A stretch of 64,000 nucleotides of DNA, taken from an uncultured Sphingobacteriales bacterium. Lineage in GTDB: Bacteria > Bacteroidota > Bacteroidia > CAILMK01 > CAYYUA01. The notes beneath the pieces are model-generated. The model was given only the letters and a program-made list of their open reading frames with translations, was not told the origin of the DNA and did not search any database. Where the stretch lies: positions 15,817 to 79,816 of the forward strand of contig CAZQQN010000008.1 of NCBI GenBank assembly GCA_964595485.1, read 5' to 3'. Each line of letters opens with the position of its first letter. Positions within the stretch are counted from its first letter, which is position 1. This document shows, in pieces, positions 38,470 through 48,197 of this stretch. A program made the translations under genes and the position numbers.

Positions 38470-39714
38470 TCATTTAAGCCCCTCGTAAACTTCTCCATTT
38501 AAAATGACCTGATGGATATGATCATTGCCAAAACTATAGGGCATGAAAGTATAGGAAGGAATCCGATCAGTAATAATAACATTCCCGTCAAATCCTTTTG
38601 CTATAGCCCCATGGCTATTACCAACTTTCATAGCCGCTGCAGCGTTAATGGTAGCTGCATTGAATGCTTCTTCAGGAGTCAACTTAAGCTTTACACACGC
38701 AAGAGACTTGGTCAATCCCATATTGCCGGATGGACAACTACCCGGGTTATAGTCAGTACTCAATGCCAGGGGCAATCCCGCATCCACCATTTGGCGAGCA
38801 GGAGGAGGATCTATATTAAGGAAAAAGGCTGTAGACGGTAGGACAGTTGGAATAGTCCGGCTGTTTTTAAGTGCTTCCATTTCCGCTTCTCCCGTACACT
38901 CCAGGTGGTCTACTGATAAGGCATTGTGTTCAACCCCAACTTGTATCCCGCCAGTGTATCCTAATTCATTGGCGTGGACTTTTGGTTTTAAGCCATAAGC
39001 TTTACCAGCTTCAAAGATCCTTGCAGTTTCTTCCTTGGTAAAAAATCCCCTTTCACAAAAAACATCAATGTAATCAGCCAATGCCCCTTTAGCTATATCA
39101 GGTAGCATATCCTCAATCACCTGCCTTACGTATTCATCCCGGTTTTCCCGGTATTCCAACGGAATAGCATGAGCACCAAGGAAGGTGGCCTTAATAGGTA
39201 TCGGGCTGACCTTTTTCAAGCGCTGGATAACACGTAACATTTTCAGCTCACTTTCATAGGAAAGCCCATAACCGCTTTTTATCTCGATAGCACCGGTACC
39301 CATTCGGATTACCTCATCTAACCTGGTTTTGGCACTTTCATAGAGTTCGTCCTCGGGCGTATCCCTAAGCCGCTTTGCTGAATTGAGGATGCCTCCTCCT
39401 TCAGCGGCAATTTCTTCATAACTTTTACCTTTTAACCGCATAACAAATTCCCCTTCCCGGCTTTCGGCAAAAACTATATGGGTGTGAGAATCAACATAGG
39501 TCGGAAGCACATGCCGGCCGCTTGCATCAATAACCCTTGCATTGGCAGAAGGGCATTGTTCCATTGAACCAAAATCCTCAATTTTGCCATTTTGAATATA
39601 AAGGTAGGCATTTTCCAAAACCGGCAGATGTTCTAGCTCATTCCCGGAGAGTCGGTCAGGAACTTGCTCCCTTGCTTGAATAAGCCCTTTGATATTTTGG
39701 ATAAGCAGGTTCAT
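38470..39714 (-). CDS. hutI: Imidazolonepropionase
   Basis: 414 aa amidohydrolase with YVDSHTHIVFA metal-binding motif and HutI-typical length and layout. Confidence 0.8.
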   Translation of the reverse strand: MNLLIQNIKGLIQAREQVPDRLSGNELEHLPVLENAYLYIQNGKIEDFGSMEQCPSANARVIDASGRHVLPTYVDSHTHIVFAESREGEFVMRLKGKSYEEIAAEGGGILNSAKRLRDTPEDELYESAKTRLDEVIRMGTGAIEIKSGYGLSYESELKMLRVIQRLKKVSPIPIKATFLGAHAIPLEYRENRDEYVRQVIEDMLPDIAKGALADYIDVFCERGFFTKEETARIFEAGKAYGLKPKVHANELGYTGGIQVGVEHNALSVDHLECTGEAEMEALKNSRTIPTVLPSTAFFLNIDPPPARQMVDAGLPLALSTDYNPGSCPSGNMGLTKSLACVKLKLTPEEAFNAATINAAAAMKVGNSHGAIAKGFDGNVIITDRIPSYTFMPYSFGNDHIHQVILNGEVYEGLK

Positions 39715-39732
39715 AAAGCAATATTTTAACTT

Positions 39733-40254
39733 ATGGAAAAGGCTGATTATGTAAAAAAACTCGAGGCAAAGGTAAAAAAAGGCAACCAGGTTTTCATCGC
39801 TCCCAATGCCACAGTAATCGGTGATATCTCCTTAGGAGATAATGCTTCGGTTTGGTATCAAGCAGTTATTCGCGGTGATAGTGACCATATAGCCATTGGT
39901 TCCCGTACCAACGTTCAAGATGGCTCAATCATTCATGTAGACCCCGGTGTACCTGTTAACATTGGCCATGATGTCATACTGGGCCATTCAGCCATTGTGC
40001 ATGGGGCAATGGTAGGTAACCATACTTTAATAGGCATGCGTGCTACCGTCCTGAATAACGCCAAAATTGGTAACTATAGCATCGTTGGAGCCCATAGCCT
40101 GGTTACTGAAGGCAAGGAATTTCCGGATTATTCTCTTATAATGGGATCCCCTGCCAAGGTTGTAAGGCAGTTAACGGATGAAGACCTCGAAAATGTGAAG
40201 CAAAATGCGGAAACCTACGTGCAAAAAGGCTTGCAATATTTGGGAGAAAAGTGA
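39733..40254 (+). CDS. Gamma-class carbonic anhydrase family / hexapeptide-repeat protein (YrdA/PaaY-like)
   Basis: 173 aa. VIGDISLGDNASVWYQAVIRGD…IGSRTNVQDGSIIH is typical of gamma-CA. Confidence 0.8.
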   Translation: MEKADYVKKLEAKVKKGNQVFIAPNATVIGDISLGDNASVWYQAVIRGDSDHIAIGSRTNVQDGSIIHVDPGVPVNIGHDVILGHSAIVHGAMVGNHTLIGMRATVLNNAKIGNYSIVGAHSLVTEGKEFPDYSLIMGSPAKVVRQLTDEDLENVKQNAETYVQKGLQYLGEK

Positions 40255-40272
40255 TTTTTAATCAATAAATGA

Positions 40273-41157
40273 TTAACCTAATTGCCAAAGCAGGTTAGCA
40301 ATAATCAATGCCCCTTGCAAAAAAATAGCCCCGTCCCAGAATACCAAGAAATGAATATTGAGGCGATTCTTTTTCAAAAATGGTGTAAGAAAAAGAATAT
40401 AGGCAAGACTAATTAATTGCATCCAAAGCATCATACCATCATAATGGAAAATGAGCATTCCAGCCAAAATGAATGTCAAAACGGCAATTACTGACTTGGT
40501 TTTACTTGTTCCCCAATAATAAGGCAACGTTACTACGCCTTCCTTTCGGTCTGAATCAACATCGGTCAAGTCGAAAGGGAGCATTATCGTAAAGATGAGA
40601 AGGACTCTCTCACAACCCAAAAGAAGCACATCCAGCTGCTGCCAATCCACCTCCATAACTGTCAAGGGTAAAAGCACTGTTACCAGAGCCCATACTATTC
40701 CAATCACCAAGTTCTTAAGCATACCAGAATTCCTAAGGCGCCATGAAGTATAGCCCGGAAAAGGGCCATAATAAGCGAGGACTAATATACCGGCAATAGC
40801 AAGTGGCCATAGGTTTTCAACATGGAGATAAAAGAGGTTTGCCAGTATTCCTGTCACCCCAAAAACTATAAGTACTATTGTAAAAGCATCAGACCTGGTA
40901 ACAAAACCTCCATAACCTTTATTACTTTTATCATCTGCAGATTGGCCAAAAACATCAGACCGGGCAACATTGTAAACAACTAAAGTGCAAAAAAATACCA
41001 GGCCTACTAAAGCACTGTTCAAACTTAAAATAGAGAAACCAACCTGGAGCGGAGTAATTAACGTCCAGGCAACTCCGCATATAGCCATGAAAATGTTGCC
41101 GTAGAAAAAGGCCTTGAAAATGCTTTTGAAGAATGTAAGAATGCTTTGCAAAATCAT
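40273..41157 (-). CDS. Polytopic membrane protein, possibly UbiA-family prenyltransferase
   Basis: 294 aa with 8-9 TM helices and one Asp-rich motif (FDLTDVDSDRKEG). The first motif is not clearly NDxxDxxxD, so the call is weak. Confidence 0.3.
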   Translation of the reverse strand: MILQSILTFFKSIFKAFFYGNIFMAICGVAWTLITPLQVGFSILSLNSALVGLVFFCTLVVYNVARSDVFGQSADDKSNKGYGGFVTRSDAFTIVLIVFGVTGILANLFYLHVENLWPLAIAGILVLAYYGPFPGYTSWRLRNSGMLKNLVIGIVWALVTVLLPLTVMEVDWQQLDVLLLGCERVLLIFTIMLPFDLTDVDSDRKEGVVTLPYYWGTSKTKSVIAVLTFILAGMLIFHYDGMMLWMQLISLAYILFLTPFLKKNRLNIHFLVFWDGAIFLQGALIIANLLWQLG

Positions 41158-41314
41158 CGTTTACAAAGGAACAATATCCCTGAAAAAAACTTAAGCAAAA
41201 GGTTTTCAAACTATCATAAAACCATTAACTTTGAGTTTAATATAGGCTTAACACAAAAAAAGGAGGGGTCCTATAAAACATTGCTACATGAAAAACAAAG
41301 ACTAAATTGGTGGT

Positions 41315-43546
41315 ATGGAGGATTTACAAGTTAAAACCCCAGAAGAGGAAGTTAATACTTTCCAGGAAGCCCTTCAAAAGTACTTCGGATTCAATTCCTT
41401 TAAAGGCAATCAGGAGGCCATTATAAAAAGTATTTATAACGGTAACGACACTTTTGTCATTATGCCCACTGGTGGGGGTAAAAGCATGTGCTACCAGCTT
41501 CCCGCTTTAATGATGGAAGGCACAGCCATTATCATTTCTCCTTTGATTGCTTTAATGAAAAATCAAGTTGACCACTTGAGAACTTATGGAGATGAAGATG
41601 GAATAGCCCATTTCCTGAATTCATCCCTCAGTAAAAAACAGAAGGAACAAGTAAAAGATGATATAATAGCGGGGAAAACCAAACTCCTGTATGTAGCACC
41701 CGAATCCCTAACCAAAGAAAGTACAGTAGATTTCCTACAGAAAGTGAAGGTCTCTTTTGTAGCGGTTGACGAGGCGCATTGTATTTCAGAGTGGGGGCAT
41801 GATTTCCGGCCTGAATACCGCCGGATAAGGGATATTGTTGAGGCCATTGGCGTTGTACCGATTATAGGCTTAACAGCATCTGCTACCCCCAAGGTTCAGG
41901 AAGATATCCTGAAAAACCTTTCCATGCAGAACGCAAACCTATTCAAATCCTCATTCAATCGATCCAACCTTTTTTATGATGTCCGCCCCAAAATCACAAA
42001 GGATCAAACAATCAAAGAGATTGTAGGATACCTCAATAAACGGAAAGGCCAGTCTGGTATCATTTACTGCCTGAGCCGTAAAACCGTAGAGAATGTAGCG
42101 GAAACACTTAAGGTCAACGGCATTAAAGCACTCCCCTACCATGCCGGAATGGACGGGCAAACCAGAACAAATCACCAGGATCAATTCCTGATGGAGGAAG
42201 TGGATGTGATAGTAGCCACTATTGCATTTGGTATGGGCATTGATAAACCAGATGTACGGTTTGTTATTCACTATGATGTCCCTAAAAGCCTGGAAAGTTA
42301 TTACCAGGAAACAGGTCGGGCCGGAAGAGATGATCGCCCATCCGATTGTATATTATTCTATAACTACAATGACCTTGTCAAGCTTGAAAAGTTTCTCAAA
42401 GATAAGCCCGTATCTGAACGGGAAGTTGGTGAGCAGCTTTTGAATGAGATGGCTGCTTTTTGCGAAAACTCCAATTGTCGCAGAAAAAACCTGTTGCACT
42501 ATTTTGGTGAGCCCTTTAATGAAGAAGATTGCAATAAAGGTTGTGATAACTGCCGTTATCCCAAGGAAAAATTTGACGGTCAAAAGCAAATTCAAACAGC
42601 CATTAAAGTCATCCATGGTTTAGAAGACAAACACCAGTTAGATCATATCATTAAAATTATTCGAGGAGATGGAGATAAAGAAATAGCCTCTTACGGGCAT
42701 CATAAACTTGATAACTTTGGCATTGGCCAGGAAGATGATTACAATACCTGGAAATCGGTAATACGCCAATCAATGATCCATGGCTATTTGGATAAGGACA
42801 TTGAAACTTATGGCACTCTCAAAACAACCGATAAAGGCCTGGACTTTCTGAAGAATCCAAAATCAGTTATGATTGCTCTTGACCAGGACTTTGATCAAAT
42901 TTCGAGAGAGAATGTCCAGGAAGATTCAGTTTCTTATGGGGATAATAGCGGATATGATGAAACGCTATTTAACATGCTAAAAGATCTTAGAAAGCGCGTT
43001 GCTAAGGAAAAAGATGTGCCTCCGTATATCGTTTTCCAGGAAAATACCCTGGAAGAAATGGCTATTAAATACCCGGTCGATTTTGATGAATTATCCAAAA
43101 TCAGTGGCGTAAGCGGATCCAAAGCTCAAAAATACGGTAAACCATTCATAGAAACCATTGCCAATTATGTAGAAGAGAATGACATTGACCGGCCTGATGA
43201 CTTTGTGGTTAAGTCAGTGGCTAACAAATCCAAACTTAAGGTTTACATCATTCAAAGCCTTGATCGTAAATTCTCTATTGAGGATATTGCTAAGGCAAAA
43301 AGCATTTCTGTGAACGAAGTCATTGAAGAAATTGAACAAATCGTTTACTCCGGAACTAAGGTTAATATTGACCACGAAATCGACAGCTTGTTAGACCGTG
43401 AATACCAGGGTGAGATCTTTGATTACTTCAAAGAATCTGAGTCTGATTCCATCGAAGATGCCATTGAAGAATTCGGAGAAGATGTTTATTCATTCGAAGA
43501 ATTAAAAATGATGCGTATTAAGTTTATTTCGGAAATGGCGAATTAA
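41315..43546 (+). CDS. recQ: ATP-dependent DNA helicase RecQ
   Basis: 743 aa. Helicase motifs (PTGGGKSMCYQLPA, DEAHCISEWGHDFRPEY), zinc-binding Cys cluster (CRRKNLL…CDNC), and C-terminal RQC and HRDC regions. Confidence 0.9.
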   Translation: MEDLQVKTPEEEVNTFQEALQKYFGFNSFKGNQEAIIKSIYNGNDTFVIMPTGGGKSMCYQLPALMMEGTAIIISPLIALMKNQVDHLRTYGDEDGIAHFLNSSLSKKQKEQVKDDIIAGKTKLLYVAPESLTKESTVDFLQKVKVSFVAVDEAHCISEWGHDFRPEYRRIRDIVEAIGVVPIIGLTASATPKVQEDILKNLSMQNANLFKSSFNRSNLFYDVRPKITKDQTIKEIVGYLNKRKGQSGIIYCLSRKTVENVAETLKVNGIKALPYHAGMDGQTRTNHQDQFLMEEVDVIVATIAFGMGIDKPDVRFVIHYDVPKSLESYYQETGRAGRDDRPSDCILFYNYNDLVKLEKFLKDKPVSEREVGEQLLNEMAAFCENSNCRRKNLLHYFGEPFNEEDCNKGCDNCRYPKEKFDGQKQIQTAIKVIHGLEDKHQLDHIIKIIRGDGDKEIASYGHHKLDNFGIGQEDDYNTWKSVIRQSMIHGYLDKDIETYGTLKTTDKGLDFLKNPKSVMIALDQDFDQISRENVQEDSVSYGDNSGYDETLFNMLKDLRKRVAKEKDVPPYIVFQENTLEEMAIKYPVDFDELSKISGVSGSKAQKYGKPFIETIANYVEENDIDRPDDFVVKSVANKSKLKVYIIQSLDRKFSIEDIAKAKSISVNEVIEEIEQIVYSGTKVNIDHEIDSLLDREYQGEIFDYFKESESDSIEDAIEEFGEDVYSFEELKMMRIKFISEMAN

Positions 43547-43658
43547 GCTTCTGGACGAAAAAATAAATTTTTGGGCTACTCTGTGATATGACACCTTCCA
43601 TTTGTAAAAAGCATTTCTTTTTAGATTTGTAAGGATCCGATATATAGTACCTAATCAA

Positions 43659-44327
43659 ATGAAACCAATCAATACCCGTACTTATACTTGTCTCTGTTTC
43701 TCTTTTTTAATTGCTATATCCCTTAATTCTCTTGGTCAGCAAAATCCAAAGACCAAAACTTCATCCATTGAAGAACCCCGTTACCAAGAAGTGACGGATG
43801 TCGATATTACTCAAGTGAAGGATATTGATGCCAGTGAGATTAGTGTATTAGGTGTACACCTCGGAACATCTATTCAGAAAACTAAACAGAAAATTGCCCG
43901 TAAAAAAGGAATTTTCTTCCGGCAAGACAAGTTCAATAATAGCCGTCTATACTTGTATGAATACAACCAAGGAAATAAAAAAAATGACCCGCTGGGCTAT
44001 TTTAAATGGAATGATAAAAACTCAGGCCTTGATGAGATTATTATTTATGAGGATTTTAAAAAATACATGAAAGGTAAAAGTAAGAAGCTTGTTACCCGGG
44101 AAGCCCTTTCTTATTATGAAGAAGGGGTAGGGAAAAACTTTCTTGGATACCCGCTCAAAAAAGAAAAAATCCTCAACATACCTTCCCAGAATCTGAAGCA
44201 TACCGCTTACTATTACAAGGGTAAATCTTACCAGGTAATCAAGCAGGTAAATGGGGAGAATGTGAAATACGCTTTTGGTATTTTTGATACGGATACAGAA
44301 GTAAGCAAAAAAAGTGAAGCCAAATAG
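43659..44327 (+). CDS. Hypothetical secreted protein
   Basis: 222 aa with an N-terminal signal peptide and a K-rich sequence. No recognisable domain. Confidence 0.45.
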   Translation: MKPINTRTYTCLCFSFLIAISLNSLGQQNPKTKTSSIEEPRYQEVTDVDITQVKDIDASEISVLGVHLGTSIQKTKQKIARKKGIFFRQDKFNNSRLYLYEYNQGNKKNDPLGYFKWNDKNSGLDEIIIYEDFKKYMKGKSKKLVTREALSYYEEGVGKNFLGYPLKKEKILNIPSQNLKHTAYYYKGKSYQVIKQVNGENVKYAFGIFDTDTEVSKKSEAK

Positions 44328-44347
44328 TTCCCTGATATTGTATTTTG

Positions 44348-45799
44348 TCAGAATGGTTTAACAAAATGCAGAAATAGCCCGTTTTCACCCTGATTGTTAA
44401 ATGCATATTCTACCCGGAAAACTACGTCATAATAAGTGACTAAGTCAAAACCTAATCCCGTACTGGTCAAGTATTGGTTAGCAAGTTGATTAACGGGTTT
44501 TTCATAATTATCAACGACATATCCCTGGTCAGCAAAAACTTTTAAATACATAGCAAGCGGTATAGTGCTAAACTGCTCAATGGGAATGAAGCTTAATTGG
44601 CGAAATTTGGTATCAAAAAGCTTATAACGCAAGCTATTTCTGTTTAAACCATATTGCTGACCATTGATTACATCGTATTCATAACCTCTGACAAGGATAT
44701 CTTCATATCCTAGCCCGCGTGCAATTGAAAAACTTTGATTGCCTTTCAGGGATACTAGCCCCTGAACTTCAGATGCCAGGTAAAAATCCCGGCCAAGAGG
44801 CCAAAATTTTTGAAATGTGAACTCTGCGCGCGTATGGTTAACATCATTAAACACGCCTAGTCCTAATTTTTCCACTTTAGCTTTCAAATAATACCCTTTT
44901 TCGGCATAATTAATCCGATCCCTGAAATCTCGCTCGTAAGCATAGGAAAGCTTGAAAAACCGTTGAACTTGTCCTTTTTGCTCGAAGTATCCCTCATTAA
45001 CGGCTTGAATAGTATCAGCAATCCATTGGGAATGGAAGGTGCTACTGAGCTCATGTTCAACCCTGACCTTTTCTCGGTGTGTAAAGGTTAACTCGCTCAT
45101 GAAATCCCGCTGCAAGTAATCATTGCCTTCTTCAAATACCAGGTTATTGTTTTCAATCCGGCTCGCTGGTTTTTTAGATCGACTAAATGAGGCTCCTGCC
45201 CTAAGTCCTGTGCTACTGGTTTTGGTTAGAAATGGTAAGGTGTAAAACAGGGAATAATTTTCCCTGAAGCCTAATTCCAAACCAATTTCTAATGGATCAT
45301 TTCGCCCGCTTAAGTTTTCCTGGTAAAATTTAATACCAAACACCGTTCGGGACAAGTCATGATCCCTCTCTACCCACCACTCATTAAAATTGCGATCAGC
45401 TAATTCGAAAATGGGCTTAGGAAATGAGTACCATCGCTCACTAACCTGGATAAGCAATTTAGCGTCTTCCTTATTTAACCAGAATGGTTTAATGTCAGCG
45501 GATGTGAATAACTGCGTATTCCTGATCTGCTCACGATTAGATTTAAGGGTTTCCTCTAAATTAGCTAAAAGCAGCGTATCTCCTTTATCAATATTCATTT
45601 GCCGATGAATGATAAACGGTTTTGTTTGATCATTCCCAACAATTTTGATTTCCCGGATAACACACCTTTCAATATCCGAATGCTTAGCCAGGAAAAAGTC
45701 GACTTGTTCCGGATTATTTGATTCCTGATTTTGCGCAGATAAATCACCTACTATCAAATAACATAAGACCAACAAAATGATTTGTTTACAGGGAGTCAA
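44348..45799 (-). CDS. Omp85-family (BamA/TamA-like) outer-membrane beta-barrel protein with a single POTRA domain
   Basis: Signal peptide; POTRA-like segment (IREIKIVGNDQTKPFIIHRQMNIDKGDTL). Alternating hydrophobic beta-strand pattern through the C-terminus, which ends in an aromatic residue (…HFVKPF). TTG start as mapped. Confidence 0.5.
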   Translation of the reverse strand: MTPCKQIILLVLCYLIVGDLSAQNQESNNPEQVDFFLAKHSDIERCVIREIKIVGNDQTKPFIIHRQMNIDKGDTLLLANLEETLKSNREQIRNTQLFTSADIKPFWLNKEDAKLLIQVSERWYSFPKPIFELADRNFNEWWVERDHDLSRTVFGIKFYQENLSGRNDPLEIGLELGFRENYSLFYTLPFLTKTSSTGLRAGASFSRSKKPASRIENNNLVFEEGNDYLQRDFMSELTFTHREKVRVEHELSSTFHSQWIADTIQAVNEGYFEQKGQVQRFFKLSYAYERDFRDRINYAEKGYYLKAKVEKLGLGVFNDVNHTRAEFTFQKFWPLGRDFYLASEVQGLVSLKGNQSFSIARGLGYEDILVRGYEYDVINGQQYGLNRNSLRYKLFDTKFRQLSFIPIEQFSTIPLAMYLKVFADQGYVVDNYEKPVNQLANQYLTSTGLGFDLVTYYDVVFRVEYAFNNQGENGLFLHFVKPF

Positions 45800-45886
45800 A
45801 GGGCTGTTCCGGTAATTTTAGTCAAAAATAGGCAGTTTATACCACATAACATGATTTTAAGATTAAGCTTTAGATTTGTTAGCATT

Positions 45887-46816
45887 ATGGTAGAGCGAAC
45901 AGCCATTATCGACCTTGGCACCAATACATTTCACTTATTAATTGCAGAGACTTCCGAGTCACATCAGTTCAGGATATTAAAGCGAGAGGTAAAGCCAGTA
46001 AAAATCGGTTCAGGGGGCATCAATGAAGGCCATCTTACAGATGAAGCTTATAAGCGGGGTCTACAAGCATTGCGGGATTTTAACTTACTCATTATTGAAT
46101 CCGGCGCAAAATTGAAAAAGATCATCGGCACTTCTGCCCTTCGCAATGCGGACAATGCACCCAATTTTCTATTTGATACAGAGGTTTTGCTTAATTGCCC
46201 GATTTCCCTTATTGATGGCAACGATGAAGCAGAATATATCTATTACGGTGTAAGGGAAGCATTGGGCTTATGGCCAGAGCCCTCTTTAATACTAGATATT
46301 GGGGGCGGAAGTGTGGAATTTATCCTTGGTAATAAAAGTCAAATAATTCAGAAAAAAAGCCTTGAAATTGGCGCTGCTCGGCTAATTGATAAATTTCCGC
46401 ATCATTTTCCCATGAAGGATAGCGAAAAGCAAAACTTGGAATCTTACCTGAAAGAGGTCCTGCAGCCTTTATTTAATTCATTCGAGAACTATCAATTAAA
46501 AGCTTTAGTAGGCGCTTCCGGTTTTTTTGAAACGTTTGCCAATTTGCACCGCTACAAGATATCCAACTCAACTCCCAATGAAATGCCGCTTTATTACACT
46601 ATGGGTAAAACCGCCTTTGATGAAATAAGCAATCGCGTTCTCAACAGTAGTAAGGATGAGCTTTATAAAATGCCGGGTATGGAAGCTTTCAGGGTGGAAA
46701 TGATGCCTGTATCCACGGTATTATTAGCTTTAATCTTGGAAAGCACGGGTATCGATACGCTTTACTACTCTGATTATGCAGTTAAAGAAGGGGTTTTAGC
46801 AAGGGAGTTAACGTAA
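45887..46816 (+). CDS. ppx: Ppx/GppA-family exopolyphosphatase / guanosine pentaphosphate phosphohydrolase
   Basis: AIIDLGTNTFHLLIAE and DIGGGSVEF actin-like ATPase-fold motifs. Start taken at the ATG immediately before this motif; the ORF extends upstream to 45782. Confidence 0.7.
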   Translation: MVERTAIIDLGTNTFHLLIAETSESHQFRILKREVKPVKIGSGGINEGHLTDEAYKRGLQALRDFNLLIIESGAKLKKIIGTSALRNADNAPNFLFDTEVLLNCPISLIDGNDEAEYIYYGVREALGLWPEPSLILDIGGGSVEFILGNKSQIIQKKSLEIGAARLIDKFPHHFPMKDSEKQNLESYLKEVLQPLFNSFENYQLKALVGASGFFETFANLHRYKISNSTPNEMPLYYTMGKTAFDEISNRVLNSSKDELYKMPGMEAFRVEMMPVSTVLLALILESTGIDTLYYSDYAVKEGVLARELT

Positions 46817-46911
46817 GCAATTGGTTTCACAAGGTTTCAAGGTTAATAAGTTTTACGCATCATTTTGGGGTATGGCCAATGTAATGGCACAGATGATTAC
46901 GCTATATAGGC

Positions 46912-47826
46912 TTAAAAATGCAAGGAATGCCACTGGAAAACATTTTCCCCATTGTATTCGAGAGTGGGGGCCGGAAATTTGATGAAGCTAAGGGCATGAA
47001 GGACTGTGTTCCAGAATCGACTTTTTGTATCAATGGCAGCGGTGTTGACATCCAGGGAAAGGTAGTATTGACGGTATCGTGAGTATTGGCTGTATTGCTC
47101 AGGATTGGTCTCTCCACCTAACATTTCTTCACCACCATAGCCAACTGATGCATCCAGCCAGCTGGGTAGCGGATCTTTCCTGGGTATCATTTCATTGATA
47201 GCTATTGACATCCAGTATGTTTGGCCATTGTAATCTTTCAGCGTTTGTTGAAGATAGTTCTCTCCTAACAAATCAGGCCTTTTATCAGCATATTGAGATG
47301 GTGAAAAACTATACTTAAAACGAATTTTCTGCTCGCCCCAAAGCTTTTCCTGGGCAATAAAAGCACCACTACCCAGGGCATTGGTAACAATGTCTCCAGG
47401 TGAAGCACCCCAACCTTCTGAAAAACCATCGAATACCTCAATAGGGGTTTGTAAAACAAAACCGGCTAATCCTCCGTACCAAACCCGCTTTTGCTGTTGA
47501 ACCCCTGACCATTTCAAAAGCCTGTAAAAAGCATAGCTTTCATAGTAGGCTCCTACCACATGACCTGCTTTATCCATTTGGAGCCAATCATCCCGGTCTT
47601 TAATAAAATGAAATGATGTTCGCGGATATTGCTTATACCAAAGTTCGTTTAGCCCTATTAAAGTTGCCGTGTAGGCCGTGGATGTACCTATTACCACTCC
47701 GGTAAAACGCGGACTATGAAATGTATCTGACGATTCGAAAAATGCCTGAGCTTTACAAGAATTGCCCAAGTAAAAAAACGGAATCAATAATATAGCCACA
47801 ATGTGGCAAAACCTGATAGGTAACAT
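46912..47826 (-). CDS. Hypothetical secreted/lipoprotein (DUF2279-like)
   Basis: Signal peptide with Cys (LGNSC). Aromatic-rich, no catalytic motif recognised. Confidence 0.4.
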   Translation of the reverse strand: MLPIRFCHIVAILLIPFFYLGNSCKAQAFFESSDTFHSPRFTGVVIGTSTAYTATLIGLNELWYKQYPRTSFHFIKDRDDWLQMDKAGHVVGAYYESYAFYRLLKWSGVQQQKRVWYGGLAGFVLQTPIEVFDGFSEGWGASPGDIVTNALGSGAFIAQEKLWGEQKIRFKYSFSPSQYADKRPDLLGENYLQQTLKDYNGQTYWMSIAINEMIPRKDPLPSWLDASVGYGGEEMLGGETNPEQYSQYSRYRQYYLSLDVNTAAIDTKSRFWNTVLHALSFIKFPAPTLEYNGENVFQWHSLHF

Positions 47827-47886
47827 TAAACGTTTTTCTAATTCCGTAAGGAGGTAACCCCTGAATAGTTCCTTAACAATTTACCT

Positions 47887-48156
47887 TCATTCCCCTCCAA
47901 GCTTTTCAAAAGGCTTATCGGGAAGATTTAGTAAGTTGTTAACATAACGTTTGTAATTAAAAGATTCATTCCAGTTGAACATGGCATATAACTCAGTGCC
48001 TACACATTGCCCTATCAATTTCTTGGCCTCTTCCTCCGTATATCCTTTATATTTCAAGCGCTCCAAAGTTTCCTGAACTTCAGGGGGCTCATTTTCTACC
48101 AATTGGTTATCAACAATCTTTTTGATCTGTTCCTGAACGCCTTCAGAAGCATTCAT
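47887..48156 (-). CDS. Small hypothetical protein
   Basis: About 89 aa acidic protein. ATG at 48156. Retained because it fills an intergenic gap in an operon-like arrangement upstream of the phosphohexomutase. Confidence 0.3.
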   Translation of the reverse strand: MNASEGVQEQIKKIVDNQLVENEPPEVQETLERLKYKGYTEEEAKKLIGQCVGTELYAMFNWNESFNYKRYVNNLLNLPDKPFEKLGGE

Positions 48157-48197
48157 TAGCAAATTAACCTGCCAGCCATTTTCTTGGCTATTGAAAG

